Part shown: in pieces, positions 26,581-40,480 of the stretch
Position numbering within the stretch: position 1 is the first letter of the stretch
Layout of the letters: each line of letters starts with the position of its first letter
Assembly: GCA_964016885.1 (NCBI GenBank)
Contig: OZ024740.1
Coordinates: 100,006,001-100,070,000, forward strand
DNA length: 64,000 nucleotides
Origin: Eledone cirrhosa
Taxonomy: Eukaryota
Reading direction: 5' to 3'
Translations under genes and position numbers: made by a program
The notes under the pieces: generated by a model
Databases searched by the model: none
What the model was told of the DNA's origin: nothing
What the model saw: only the letters and a program-made list of their open reading frames with translations

Positions 26581-29500
26581 TGCCACTATCTTTGATTTAC
26601 AGTGTAATATATATGAAGAAAAGGCAAAAATATGTGAAAGATGAAATGTAGCTTTATTATATTTATTTAATTTATGTTAAAGCTCTACCTATTGGCATTC
26701 CATAAAATCTCACTTTAATTAGGTAAAGTAATTTTCCATCTATAGTATCATCCCCTACTGTAATAATTTACCTAATTTTATTAACAGTACCTGATAATGG
26801 CGAAATGTAATCCTTATTATTGTTGATAGCAGAATAAAGATTAGGAATGTCAATGCATAATACAAGCCTAAAACATACATAAATCCTCTCAAATTAATCC
26901 TAGGAAATCTGTAAAACATAAAAAATGTAATAGTTGTAAACTCAAATCTAATTTCAAACATATTTACAGAGGTTTTTTCCCAAAATACAGATGTGAAAAA
27001 TGTTTCATTTAAAATTGAAATAAATAACGTCTACAAAATGTATGTTATTGCATTTTTCAAATGTGTTACCAGCAGACACATTCCACTATTTAGCCAATTT
27101 CTTTTTCTTCTTCTTCTTCTTCTTCTTTGCCCACTTATTCCTGAAAGGGTCATATGGGAAGTATCCTCAAATACTCCTTCCAGTGTCTCCTGTCAGAAGC
27201 AACTATGTCCAAGTGTGTCCAGCCAAACTCATAAACAATTCCAAAAGGACAAATACAACCATTTCCAGAAAGTGCTTTCAAACATATAGGGGCACTAACA
27301 AAGAACTCTTTCAGACACACTACTAGTGATAATGATCATAATAATTATGATGATGATGTTGTTCATGACAACGAGAGTATTGATGATAATAATGAAAGAT
27401 TGGTTTCACTTGTGCTGATTGTTCACTTGTTCAGTTGCTAGACCATGACACCACTTATTTAAAACTAGAAAGATAATTTGCTAATGAACTGACTATATTT
27501 CAACATGGTCTTCTTTGATCTGTTCTCTCTTGTTCATACTTTTCTTCTCCCCATTAGAAATCATAAAGTATTTAATGATTCATGTTTTTTTTTTAATTTA
27601 TTTTGATTTTCAACTTACTAATCAATATTTTAAAATATTTAATTTTCAAGAGTTTTTATTGTTTAAAAATGTTATTATTTGAAGCTATTTGAACGTATTG
27701 ATGAACCTTGAAAATTATTTGTGGACAGTTTATAGAACTAGAATGTTTTCTTTGTTGGCAGAAATTGTCAGACAGTTTGCCAAATATATTCCTCTATCAG
27801 TCAAAAGCATATGAATATGATAAAAGATACTGAAGCAAATGGATGATGGTGTAGTTTAAGTTTGAGACAAAACATGTTATTTGTCTTGTCTACTACATAT
27901 TTGATATCTTCTACGGTTATGTTTTGAATGAATGATAGATGAGATTGAAAAACCTGAATGGTAATTTATTAAATATACTAAAATAAATAAATAAAATAGA
28001 TAAATGAAAAGAAAAACACACTAAAATATATATGTACATAAGTGTCAGAGAAATATCAGGCCTGTGAAGGAGAAAATGGTTTTACACAATAAAGAAAAAT
28101 CAATTTAAAGATGGTAGTTTGATGTGTAATAAAGTTGTTGAGACGCAATAAAAAAAATACAAATACATATATTTTCCTGGAAATTTCACGTTTCAAATGT
28201 ACATCAGATTGCTTTTACTGTGTACAAAAGCAAAAGCTAAAAATGAATATGTTATATCTGTGGTTGAAGAATTTGCTTTAAAGCTGTATCTAAGATAAAG
28301 GAATCTATTCTTGAATTTCTGTTAACTTGCCATTAGCATCAGTACACAAGAGATGTGAATGTTATAAAATGATTGACAGGTTGACAATCAAGAGATTTTA
28401 CCTGAGGGAAGCAAGGTGTTGGCTTTTATCAACAAATAAAAAAACAGGGTCCAAGGAATCTGGTGTTGGAGAAAAATATACAGTGGAATTTGTATAAGTT
28501 CTATGCTATGGGGAGACAAGAATTTTGATGTTGTAGAACTGATTTTTTTGATTGAGAGAAGAATTTCAATGTCAGTCCTAAGACATCAAATTCCTATACT
28601 TTCCAAGAAGCTAAAATAAAGAGAAGTTTCTCCCGGATGAAGGATTAGTCCTGAACTATTAGATTCCATTTCTCTCAGCATAGGTGTGTGGTTAATGAGT
28701 GTGTATCAAAGCCACATGGTTTGGAGTTTGTTCTTACAATTACTATTTGTTTATATCCCATAATTTTGTGATTCACCAAAAAGAGATCATTGAAATAAAT
28801 ACATGACTTGAAAAGTAATTACTGGAATTGCTATATTCAGCTAAATCCTTTCAAAGTGGTGCCACAATTTAATGACTGAAACCAGTAAAAGAAATAATTG
28901 AAAAGGTATAAAAACTTATTCAAATACTGTTTGGTTGTGAGAACTTACTGACAATATTTGACATCAATGGGTTACAAGTAATGTTCTCAACATGGCTGCT
29001 TGACCGACTAAAAATAGCAACCAATTTTTTACAAATTATGCACTACTTATAACAGGAAGGAAACATTATGTAATGTACTCCTGGATAAAGAAAAAGGTAG
29101 ATTGGTCAAAGCTGAAGAGACGTTGATCATATGCTTACTTAAACAGGGCTTATCTAGAATTCAACAACATTAACAATAACTTGAACAGAATTGACAAGAA
29201 ACAGTATGTCTGTTGTTACGTCTGCTGCTTAGCACTTAGTCAGCAAACATATGATCAAAATCATTCTAACCCTGATTATTCCATCTTTTGTTCCAGACAT
29301 TGTGTATTTAAGGTAATATTATACATTTTAAAGATGATGTGGTCTGATTTAAGGAAAATTTGGCTGTTATTTCCAGTAGATCGAGCAAACACATATAAGC
29401 ACCTTATAGTTGCTCTAGATTTGTAACAGATCATTCACTGGCTCACTGTGAAAACCACAATAATATATCTCAGTAATTTGAGTGGAATAAACAGGTTGGT

Positions 29501-29974
29501 ACTTTTTTCTTTGATGCTTTCATTTATTAACAATGGCCTCACATGATGTGTATGTCTATCATAGAGAAATACATATTTTGTAACTAATCTGGAGGATGAT
29601 GTACTCATGGCATGTGTTGGCCCTCTAAGACACATATACACACATACAACTGTGGACAATAATTGTTCCAGTTGTGCATTCCACAGACATCTGTACTCTT
29701 ATCATAGTTTTAAATACAATTCAGCATGATCCAGTGATTAATAGGGCAGCCCTTTCACTTACAGGTACAGTTCATTGGATGGGCTTCCAAACAGTTTCTG
29801 TTGATGCATTCTTTTCTCCCATGGCTTGTGTTGATGTGAAGCTATGGTAAGTGATATTTTGTCATTTTGTCCAAGATACCATACAATGGGATTAAACCTG
29901 AAAATTTACGACTCTGGAGCATGATTAAACTATGCTGCATCCGCACACACACACATACATACATACATGTATAT

Positions 29975-30016
<42 letters not shown>

Positions 30017-30375
30017 TTATTAAAATAACAGATTAAAGTTTAAGCAAAGAATCGCTGCTTTCACCCTTAATGGGATATTCTGAAACTAAAAAATCAATCT
30101 GTGAATGCTGAAGTAAATATTTAAAAACCCGTTGCAGCCGAAGGAAGATAGGAAGATGATACTTTGGTTTGTGGAAAGTTCCCTGGCAAAGACCGGATAA
30201 AAACGAAGATAATACGTCATTATTTGGAGCGTTGAGAACAATTACCCGCAAAGACAAAACCACGTATATGGTATAACCGAAGTTGTAGACTAACATTTTA
30301 GTCTTCAAATTTATTATTATTACTATATATATATACGATATTAATAAATGGAAACTATATTTATAAAACCATATT

Positions 30376-30440
30376 TATTTCATTATACATATTTCAGGGA
30401 TACCAAATTAAATTATGGTATGCCTTCATCAGACAAAATA
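30376..30440 (-). ncRNA. Type I hammerhead ribozyme-like motif (palindrome left arm)
   Basis: Exact reverse complement of 30572-30636. Confidence 0.75.
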
Positions 30441-30571
30441 CAATATATAACAGTTTTACAAATAAGCTTTGACGTACCCTTTTAAAATGCGACCATCTGG
30501 TGGCCTCCAAAAATAATGGTCGCATTTTAAAAGGGTACGTCAAAGCTTATTTGTAAAACTGTTATATATTG

Positions 30572-30636
30572 TATTTTGTCTGATGAAGGCATACCATAAT
30601 TTAATTTGGTATCCCTGAAATATGTATAATGAAATA
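30572..30636 (+). ncRNA. Type I hammerhead ribozyme-like motif (palindrome right arm)
   Basis: tattttgt-CTGATGA-aggcatacca/tggtatccct-GAAA-tatgta-TA-atgaaata. Core intact; predicted cleavage after AUA at 30628. Confidence 0.75.
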
Positions 30637-30763
30637 AATATGGTTTTAAAAATATAGTTTCCATTTATTAATATCGTATATCTACTCCAAATACTTGTTG
30701 AGTGCTTTATATCAGTTATAAAAATATTTACTTGTTGTATCCCAACAATTTAAATAGAAGTTT

Positions 30764-30847
<84 letters not shown>

Positions 30848-31352
30848 TATGTAAAATCCTGACCGGAGAACGAAGCAGTTTTGGCTTGTGTGTTCAGCAG
30901 GCCTTTTCAAGGGTGTAGTAATATTTGTAGGGTTTGAAAATAGATCACTGGTCTTGGTAGCGCTTTGATTTAATTTATCAGTGTAGTAAGCTGGTCTGAT
31001 AGAGAAAGTGGGTTCCCAGACAGTGGTAAGTGTATCTGGAAAAGCAAGGGGTCTGGAGAAGGAAGTAGTGTGGGTGGGGGTGGGGTGATTGATGGGTAGG
31101 AGTGAAGTAGGAGGAGATGGGCAATGGGATCAAACCCAGAATCATTGACATGATACTATATTGATTGATTAATTCTTTGTTTGGAGCCAGGAACATTTTA
31201 AAGAAATATGAGTGTCTGGGAGATATGGTAGAGGCATTACCCCTTTTGTCACCATATTTATTTATAATGACAGACAATGCATGTGATTTTCAAATAAGGT
31301 TGAAAATAATCAATAATTTGGGGGTATTTAGTAAAATAACAAATCTTCTCAT

Positions 31353-31835
31353 TACTAAGCTTGTGTAAGGGTGGTGAATTGGCAGTATCAATAGAGTGTC
31401 AGACACCATGCTTTGCAGCATTGGGTTATGGCCCTTTATGATCTCAGTTCAAATCCTGCCAAGTTTAGCTTTGCCTTTAATCCTTATGAAGTTGATAAAA
31501 TAAAGCACCAGTAATGCACTGATTTTGATTTCATTGACTTTCCCCTCCCCCCAAATTACTGGTCTTGTACCTATAGTAGAAATTATTATTAAGCTTGTGT
31601 AAGAGGGTGGTGGATTAGCAATGTCATTTGTGTGTCAGGCAGAATGCTTTGCAGTATTTAGTTACGAATTTCTACATTCTGAGTTAAAATCCTGTCATGT
31701 TCAACTTTGCCTTTTATCCATCTGGGGTCAATAAAATAAAGTACCATTTAAGTACTGGGATCAATATAATTGATTTTACCCGTCCCTCAAATTGCTTTCC
31801 TTGTGCCATTGCTAGAAAGAATTATCAAGCTTGTG
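31353..31835 (+). mobile_element. Tandem pair of Meta-domain-like SINEs separated and flanked by aagcttgtgt repeats
   Basis: aagcttgtgt occurs at ~31357, ~31591 and ~31827. Confidence 0.75.
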
Positions 31836-34194
31836 TTTGGAAGATAACAATGGTTCTTACTTTATGAAAGGGTTTTAGATAATAATAAAATAATAATAGA
31901 AATGATTGTGTACAGTGCCCAGATGCTCTACAACTCATAAAAACTGCATGTATAGTGCATATAATAACATAGAAAAGTCAGGAAAGTGAACAGTGTATGA
32001 ATTATGCTACATACACACACACACTCACCACAAGCACCATCATTTAAAATGGCATAGAACAAGCGACAGTTTCAGCCAGTTTGGTAGCAAACAGATTAAG
32101 ATAAGATCTAGAAGCATATGGTGAATAAATGAACTTAGATTACCTCTGCAGGCTACAACTGCACAATAGTTATTTATTAATAAAGTATTCTATTTTAGTA
32201 TAGTTTATATGAACCATTATGAGATGATGTAGTTAAACATTTTTTTTCAGGAAAGCCAGTAAAATGTTAGCTAGAAATAACTAAAAATTATAGTAAAGAA
32301 AGTCAAAACAAAACAAGTTTACACTTTTACGTTATATGTCATGATATTTGGGGTTTAAGACACATTTTCAATACCAAAAGAAAATAGAGTGTGATTGTTG
32401 TGGTTGTGGTGGCTGTGGCGGTGGTAGTGATCTAAGTGGGCTGAGATAGATGCAGTGTTTGGAGGGTGTTGAATTGTGCAGATTAATACAGTTCCAAGAA
32501 TCAATTAACTTCATGAACTCATAGTATGTCTACGCTGTTTATATAATCTTACTGGTTATTGTGACGACAATAGTCTAAGTATATCACCATCCCTATTTCC
32601 ATTTTGTTGCCCCTTGCTCTTCTTATTGTCTTTTAATCAGAAAAATTATTTGATGTGAAAGTAACGTTACTAATTATCCACAAAAAATAAGACATCTATC
32701 CTCCTTGTTCACATTTTATACATATATATTTCAAATTAGGAATGTTGTCTTTGTTGTCATTAATAATATTAGAGATAAAGATGTCTATATAAATAAATTT
32801 GTCTGAAAAATTTGTAATTATAATTTATTAATAATGAGTGTAACAAGATATAAGCCCCCAATTGGGTGTATATTGAAAAATTGCATTCAGGTGATTAATA
32901 ACAGAAGTAAAGAGATCTAAAGAATTAGTGATGATAATAAGCAAATTGCCAAAGTGCTGATTAAATTGAGATGAATGTTATTACCAAAAAGAGGATTTCT
33001 TGTTGTTGTTTGTCATAGAAGAGCTAACATACATATCTCTAATGATGAAAATTACTAATATTTCGGAGAATAACATCTAAGTCTTAGTTCTCTGATCTTC
33101 CATTTAATGTTACTCTCCTCAGTTATTATAGCTCATTAAGTACCACAGTTAATTATGTTACATGTACAATATTATCATGTAAAAATGATAATCTCATTGT
33201 TGATAACAATCTTACATAAAACGGTTGTCAGAATGTAATGCTGGAAAAAGAAAAGATAGCACACATTTCTGAAGATAGAACCAGCAGGGTTTAACAAAGT
33301 TTTGAGGTTATTTGAAGAAATTGATGGATGACATTTCCATTGATGACAACTTCTTGACATATGTCTACCAATCTATTCAGTTAGGTTAGCATTAGTAAGA
33401 TGTTCTGGAAACTAACAATCTTCAGGTGGCACATGTTTTTCATAAAAGGTAAATGTGTTGGTAATTCTCAGGGTGATTCAACATAGCACAAGTTTGGACA
33501 TTTGATTTACAAGTACATCCCATATGACAGGTTTCCAAACAGTTTCTCTCAACACAATGTCAGTCACAAAGCTAGGGTTGATCTGAGGCTATGTTAAATA
33601 ACACTAGTACACTGCAATCAGTGGAATCTTGGGAAAGTGTAATTTATTGGTCACACAGAAACTGTTTCGAAGGTTGTTGGCTGACCTATACCTCTAATTA
33701 AAGAACCAGCCCTGTCCAAAAAATGGGTAAGGCTGAATCTTCGTGAGAAGCTGTGGAGTACTCAGCCATTTTTTAATTTAACAAGCAGGCTGTTCCTTTG
33801 ATTGAATAACTGGAACACTCACCAGAAAAACCAGGGGCTTATTATATAACTTATACGTGACCATTTTACATTTCATCAAATATTTCAAAAGTAAAAGCTT
33901 GTTTCTTTGTGATTCATTCAGAATAGAAGAACTATCCAAATGTTTAGTACTGCAACTCTACTGCTTTGACAAATTGGCAAACTCATTAGGGCCTCAGTTC
34001 AATCACACAGATTAGTTTTGCCTTTTAGCATTTTATGTTCGATATAAGGACCGGGAACTCTGGTGTTATATACTAATACAAAAGACCTGCCTTTCCATGT
34101 TCACAGGCTGAAGCTGAAGCATACATATATATAGTATGAACCACCCTCCCCACCCTCACATACATCTCTCACGATGACAATCCTGTAGCATAAG

Positions 34195-34525
34195 TGAAGC
34201 CTCCAGCACACACTGTAAAGTGGCTTTGATGGTGACACAGCAAAAGCACCCAGCCCACACTATAACGTGGTCATGTCACAACAAAAAGTGCCCAGCCCAC
34301 ACTGTAAAGTGGTCATGTAGGTATTGTGACAAAATGCACCCAGTACACACTGTAAATATGGTTGCTGTTAAGAAGGGCATCCAGCCATAAAAACCAAGCC
34401 AGAAACAGTTCTGTGTGAGTGAGACATGGTCACCTGACCCAGCTTGCCCCAAACCGGACAATGTGTCTAACCCATGGTAGCGTGGAAAAATGTACGTTAA
34501 ACGGTGATGATGATAATGATGATGA
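34195..34525 (+). mobile_element. RTE-SINE-type element with 3-4 tandem pseudoknot units
   Basis: Repeated cacccagcccacactgtaaagtggtc units, then aagaagggcatccagcc and (GAT)n. Confidence 0.7.
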
Positions 34526-37399
34526 TTAAAATGTACCAGTCTAGTAGCAGTGAATTAGGAAACATTTTCCTCTTCCATGCCATCCACACACACACCTCAA
34601 TATACACACCAATCTACACCTCTCACTTCACTTCCATTTACACCTCTATCCTCACCTAAATAAAAAGTAACAAACAAAACATATAATTTTAATCAAGTTT
34701 TATTTCATGTATTTTGTTTTAATTTCTTTCTTTCAGCTCCCTGTTTTGCTCACTCTTCTTAACTCCCTTCCATCCTTCTCACCCCATTTCTTCTCCCATC
34801 TTTCTCACTTACCTAACACAACCCTGAACAGAATGCAACTACAACAAATACACTAGCCGCTATACATTATTAATTGGTTGGTCTGTGCATTCTGAATTAG
34901 GAATTCTATCATTTTCTGTCAGGATTTATGACTGGCAGATAGTACCATCAATGGAAACAGTTTCTTTAATCTGATCTAATGATTGGCCTCTTTTCTTTGC
35001 ATAACACCAACTATAGTTCACACACAATGTAACTTCCCACACCTTTTCTTCACAAATTACAGATTTAAGAATGAGAAACACGAACAAAACAATGGCAAAA
35101 CATTTGATATATAGAAAAGAAGACCATTTTCTCCATTTTCTATCTTTAAGAATTCCATTCTACTATTTTGAATAATTAAAAAATGTATATAAAAAGAATA
35201 TAAAATATTTATGGAATCTGTTATTATGAAGAAACTGCACAACAAAAATATTGAACATTATATAAATGAGACAATTAAAAATTGAAATCGTCTAAACTAA
35301 TTGCTAATAACTATATATGAAATAATAAATACTAAAGAAAGCAATCAGAATGGACACAAATGTTTAATATGATATTATTGGTTATACTTTTCAAATTCTT
35401 AAAAATAAAATAAAGAAATACATAGTGCCAAGTTTATTCTACTTGAATTAAATGTTTGACTTAAAAATATGAACTAAAAATAATAATGTTCCATATTTTC
35501 ACACTTATTACATTAAAACTTTTAATATTTTCAGTTTCTTTTTTCCATTTTCATTTATATGATCATAGATATAAATTTGGGAAGGGAAGGGGAGTTGTAA
35601 TTGTTTGCTTTTTATAAATTTTAGTGGAAAAATATATATTTTTAAAATTCATAATTTTCTTTTGAGTGGGGATTGTTTCTTTAAATTTTGTTATGGCTTT
35701 TTTGATGGGTGGGGGCAGTGAGGACTTCTAATCAAGAAATGTAAGAAAAATATGGTTCTGAATATATCATCATCTTCATTTCCATTGCCATTACCACAAC
35801 CATTATCATCATCATTAATATCATCAAAAGAATATCGATTTTTATCTAATTCAGTATTAGATCATGAATTTATAAGATGTAAAAGAGAAGTGAATAAGAT
35901 TGTATGGTGTTTATACTGGCATCAATGAAATGGCTTCAATAAAGAATAAAAACTTGCTTGTTGACTTATTCTCAGTAAGTTTACCGTTTAATAGGAAACA
36001 TATGCAAACAAATATATCATATTATTAAGGTTTTCAGGTTCATTGCAAACATTTTGTGAATATTTCAAGAAGTCAAGTACTGGAGTTAATTTAATTCATT
36101 ACACCTTCCCTAAAATGTGTGGTCTTATAACAAAGCAATATTCTCCAATATTAATAATTACCACTAAACTTTCCTGTTTCATAGACAATATCATTTAATC
36201 AGTTTTTAATCTTAGTGTATATACCTGGTTTAGAATAGACACAGTGTCTATGTATGTCATAAGAGATGATTAAAAGGGCTGGTATTAAAAGGGACATTCC
36301 GTTGTAATATGCCTCTATGATAATTATGAGACCGTGTAAGGTTAACCCTTGCTTAAGCATTGAAAGATACTTTTTAAACATTTGTTCTTAATGTTGTCTT
36401 TCATTATACATTATGTTCAATCAGAGCTGATCTAAACAAAGTTGATGCAGTATAGCTGAATGGTTAAGTGCTTTGCTTCACAATCGTTAGGTATCAGGTT
36501 CAATCCCATTGCATGTCATCTTGAGGAAGTGTCACTTACCATAATCTTTGGTCAACCCACACCCTGGAAGTAAAATTGGGTTGATGGAAACTGCTGCTTG
36601 GAATTCCATTGGATGGAATATACCCGTAATTTCAATCTTTTTATTATCCTTATCATCATTTTATATCTGTTTTCCAAGTTGAAATGGGTTAGAGAACCAT
36701 GTCTTGCACATAATTTCCATTCAGGGCATGCTTTCTACAGTTGGAAGTCTTGTTTAATGCCAACCAGTTTACAAAGCATACTTAGTGCATTTTATTATGG
36801 CACTACCACTACCACTTGCAGCATGTAGTGTGCATTTTATCATGGCACCATATGTGTATTAACATTTGTTTATAACCTTCTAATGCAAACTGGTAATTTG
36901 ATGGGAAATATTTTGTCCCAATTATATTTATAAAAAGGAGTTATAGTAGTCAATAAATGTTCTTTTGTTTTATTATTGTTTTAATATTACAAGCATTGAA
37001 TTGGTACATCAAAAACCAAATGCTATATCTAAACTATACGTTTTTTTAAAAATCCTGTTTGTAAAATAAGTTGGATTACTTTGAATAAATAATGAATGAA
37101 TGAATATTACATAATTTATCTACTCAAATTCGTAAACAAAAATAATTTCGTAAAAATAAATAATTTCAAATTGACTTCTTTTCCAAGTTGCACTTCCGAT
37201 ATATTGTCGCCACCACCACTACTTCAGCTACCATATATATAGAAAGAGAGAGTGTGTGATGAGAGAGATAGAGAGATTATGACTTTCTACACGCTGACGC
37301 ATATGATTGTGCACATACATACATCTTTATGTATAAGTATATAACTATTATGAGTATATAACTTTAATCGCGCAATCACAAACTTATAAAATACACTCT

Positions 37400-37635
37400 C
37401 ACAGACATAATTCACACAAATACACATACTTTCACACAAATATACATACATTCACACAAACATACATACATTCACATATACTTTCACACAAATACACATA
37501 CATTCACACATATACATTTACACAAACATATATTCATTCATACATACTTTCACACAAACATAGATACGTTCACCCATACTTTCACACAAGTATACATACA
37601 TTCACACATATACATTTACACAACCACACACATAC
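37400..37635 (+). repeat. AC/ACAT-rich minisatellite
   Basis: Repeated ttcacacaaatacacatac-like units. Confidence 0.8.
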
Positions 37636-37935
37636 AGTCATGATAGCGTTCGGTGAAGTGGAAATGGGAGGGTAAAACAAGTATAACGTTATTTTTAATT
37701 TATTAACTCTTTCTTTTTTAAAACTCATTTAATATAATGGTTACAGAAGGAAACCACTAACAAATATAATATATACAAAGGAAAAGGAAAGGAAAAAAAG
37801 AAAGATAAATAATACACAAGCACATAATACACACATCTTAGGCCACAGAACAATATGTAGGCGAAAGAGTGGAAAAAAACGAGCCACTACCAGAGCAAAA
37901 GATAGCAATATAACGAGGAGCACTGGGAAACATCT

Positions 37936-38385
37936 CTAATAATTTTTGAAGCAAGCCAGCATGCTCGCAAAATTACCTGTGGTGCTGGCGAGGCTGAGAT
38001 GCTGGAACAACCAAGTGCCCTCACGAGCATCACCAGCTACCTCTGTTTGGCGAGCTGCCAGTGAAGATAAGAACCTCGCTGTCAGTAGCCTGACTGCCCC
38101 AAACGTCTCGAATGCCACAGGCTGGATAATGTATTTAGCTGACAGAACACGGTATTTTAGGATTTTGTTCCATTCAGCTGCGGGTACTATAGCTCTCGCC
38201 CTTACCACTGCATCCAGAATGTGGGATGAAGCAAAAGAGTCACTAACTGAGATGTCCCAGGAAAGGCACCTGCCTCTTGACCAGGATCACAGAGTAAGAC
38301 CGTCTTTTTCCATCAAATCAGGACAACCCAGACGGTTCAAAAATTGAGGGGATATTTGCCCAGGCCAAAGCTCTTGAGTGGTGAT
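37936..38385 (-). mobile_element. CRE-clade-like non-LTR retrotransposon 3' fragment (restriction-like endonuclease)
   Basis: DGLTL*SWSRGRCLSWDISVSDSFASSH...KY..L...QPVAFETFG...GDAREGTWLFQHLSLASTTGNFASML matches the CRE-type RLE pattern. Confidence 0.75.
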
Positions 38386-38589
38386 AGGACAGTGTGTGTA
38401 TGTGCATGTGCGCGAGTTTGTCAGCGTTCTTAAATTAGAGACACGTGTGTGTGTGTCACTGTTTTTAAGTTAGAGACATATATGTGTGTATCACTTTCCT
38501 TCTTTTTACACACACATACATTCACACAAACACACATACACACTGCGTGATGGACGGGTGGACAGAAGTCCCTCAAATTTATATACATG

Positions 38590-39225
38590 TGAATGGAGTT
38601 CTACTGAAGCAGTTAGAGAAGTTCAAGTATCTTAGAGCCGTGTTCATGAGTGATGGAATGTAGGAGGCTGAATTAAGTGCAAGAATTGCAAAAGCTGATG
38701 CAGTAAAGTGCCAGCCTCAGCAATCAGATGAAGTGGGGTAGGTGTAAAAGCCAAACTCACTGTCTTCCTGGTATTCCTGCCAACTCTAACTGAGGTTCAT
38801 GAATCTTGAGTAATGACCAAAAGAATACAATTGCAAATAAAAGTGGCAGAAATGGGATTCCTCCGAAGGGTCTTTGGAGTAACGTTACTCGATAAAGTGC
38901 ATAACTCAGAGACCAGAGAGTCACTCCTGGTCGAGCCGCTACTTCTCCGAATTGAGAGATCACAACTCCGATACTATGAGAATGTGGTTAGAATGTCTCA
39001 GTAAAGAATCACTGGACAAATTTTACAGGCAAAATCAACCGGCAAGAAGCACAGAGATAGACCCTGAGCAAGATAGTTGGATAACATCCATGAGATTGGC
39101 TGGTCATGCTTAGGGATCCAGCTGGATCAGTTAGAGATGTTTGCTACTGACAGACTTGCTGGAAGGAGTGTTTGAGAAGGACTCTTCCCCCACGACCCTC
39201 TCAGAAATAAATGGGTGAAGAAGAT
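38590..39225 (+). mobile_element. RTE 3' fragment, (GAA)n-tail family
   Basis: EKFKYLRAVF...IKVAEMGFLRRVFGVTLLDKVHNSETRESLLVEPLLLRIERSQLRYY. Confidence 0.85.
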
Positions 39226-39572
39226 ATTGTCAATTTACTTTTCAATATATATGCATATATATTTGCGTATAATACCAATATGCGCACTACATATGCCAGC
39301 AGAAAACCGCCCGTGGGCGGTTTTGCTGCAAGTAAACATAATTCTGATAACTTAGGTAGGTTTTGGTCAGTATTCTAAGTTTATTTCATATTTAAGCCAT
39401 ACTTTGTTCTCAAGTAAGGAGTTGTTTTTGGTCAAAACATGTGGTAGTTTATATATTTCTTGAAGTAAATCTTGTGCACATATGAACATTTTAGTATGAT
39501 GTTGAAGAGATTTGGGTCAGTTAAGATGAAATTGTTCTGTCACAGTGTTATGTAATGCAAGCTTATATTTCA

Positions 39573-39960
39573 CTAGCAGTGGTACCCGGCGTTGCACGGG
39601 ATAAGGTATTTTGGAACGCGGGCTGCCAACAGACCTAACCATGGAAAAACTGCATGCCTCGACAATATGTAAAAAAGATAAACCGAATACTCTGATGGCC
39701 GGATACAGACAGCTAGACATATAGACAGATATTATAAGGCGCAATTTTATATGTATGTATCTATCTAAAAAGAGAAAGACTAAGAATTATAGAGAGAGAT
39801 CGCTAAATCGCCTACTTTGAATTTTTTTTTGCTCAGAACACTCCCTGAAACATAAGTATAGTATTACATGTGTAAAGTTTGATTTCACTCGCTCCACTAA
39901 AAGTTGGATTTTCTTTGCTCACGGTATGAAGAAGAGATTGACTAATACATAGTCATCTGC
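39573..39960 (-). mobile_element. Non-autonomous Helitron (3' end clear, 5' end approximate)
   Basis: Minus strand ends cccgtgcaacgccgggtaccactgCTAG|t, a hairpin followed by CTAG. Confidence 0.7.
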
Positions 39961-40009
39961 TTTCTTTTTTAGTGTTGTGTGAAATATATAGCCACCTTAG
40001 CTAAGCTTA

Positions 40010-40480
40010 GTATTGCCACAACCACTGTCTTTTATGATATCTATGATTAGTTAATCTCTCATCAGTGACAATCACTTAACAGGTAGTGAGATGATAATAG
40101 ACTAGAGCTTATATAGATTTTGCATGATGAACATTTGCTGGAGAAGCCAATTTGCACATAGCAAATAGACAAACTTGGCTGGAAATGTTCATTTGCCTGT
40201 AGTGTGAATTTGGCTGGTTATAATCAATTGGCAATAGCCCGAAGATAGCGTTAAGCATAGTAGGCATGTATACGAAAACATATACTTTATGTTTATATAC
40301 TATATGTAAATGAGCATTTCCAGCAGATAGTTTTTATTTTCTACATGCAAATGAGTATTTTTAGCAGATGTTCATCACTCAAAATCTATATAGGCTGTAG
40401 TTTATTTTCATCTCAGTACTGAATGAGTGAATGTCTCTGAAGAGAGATTAACATATCTTGAAACAGCTGTCTGGCATTCT
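40010..40480. repeat. Diverged inverted repeat (fold-back element 3)
   Basis: ~40010-40202 vs ~40300-40480; e.g. gttaatctctcatcagtgacaatcac pairs with gtgaatgtctctgaagagagattaac. Confidence 0.85.
40429..40479 (+). ncRNA. Minimal type I hammerhead ribozyme with palindromic stem III
   Basis: gaatgtct-CTGAAGA-gagat(taacat)atctt-GAAA-cagct-GTC-tggcattc. GUC at 40469-40471; ACAGCTGT is a palindrome. Confidence 0.8.

Larger units (their letters stand above)
30331..30681. repeat. Near-perfect palindrome: 166-bp arms, 19-nt loop
   Basis: 30331-30496 is the reverse complement of 30516-30681 with one mismatch (30363/30649). Confidence 0.97.

Noticed and set aside
39298-39330. Rho-independent terminator-like hairpin
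   Set aside because: Eukaryotic DNA; better explained as a Helitron subterminal hairpin.
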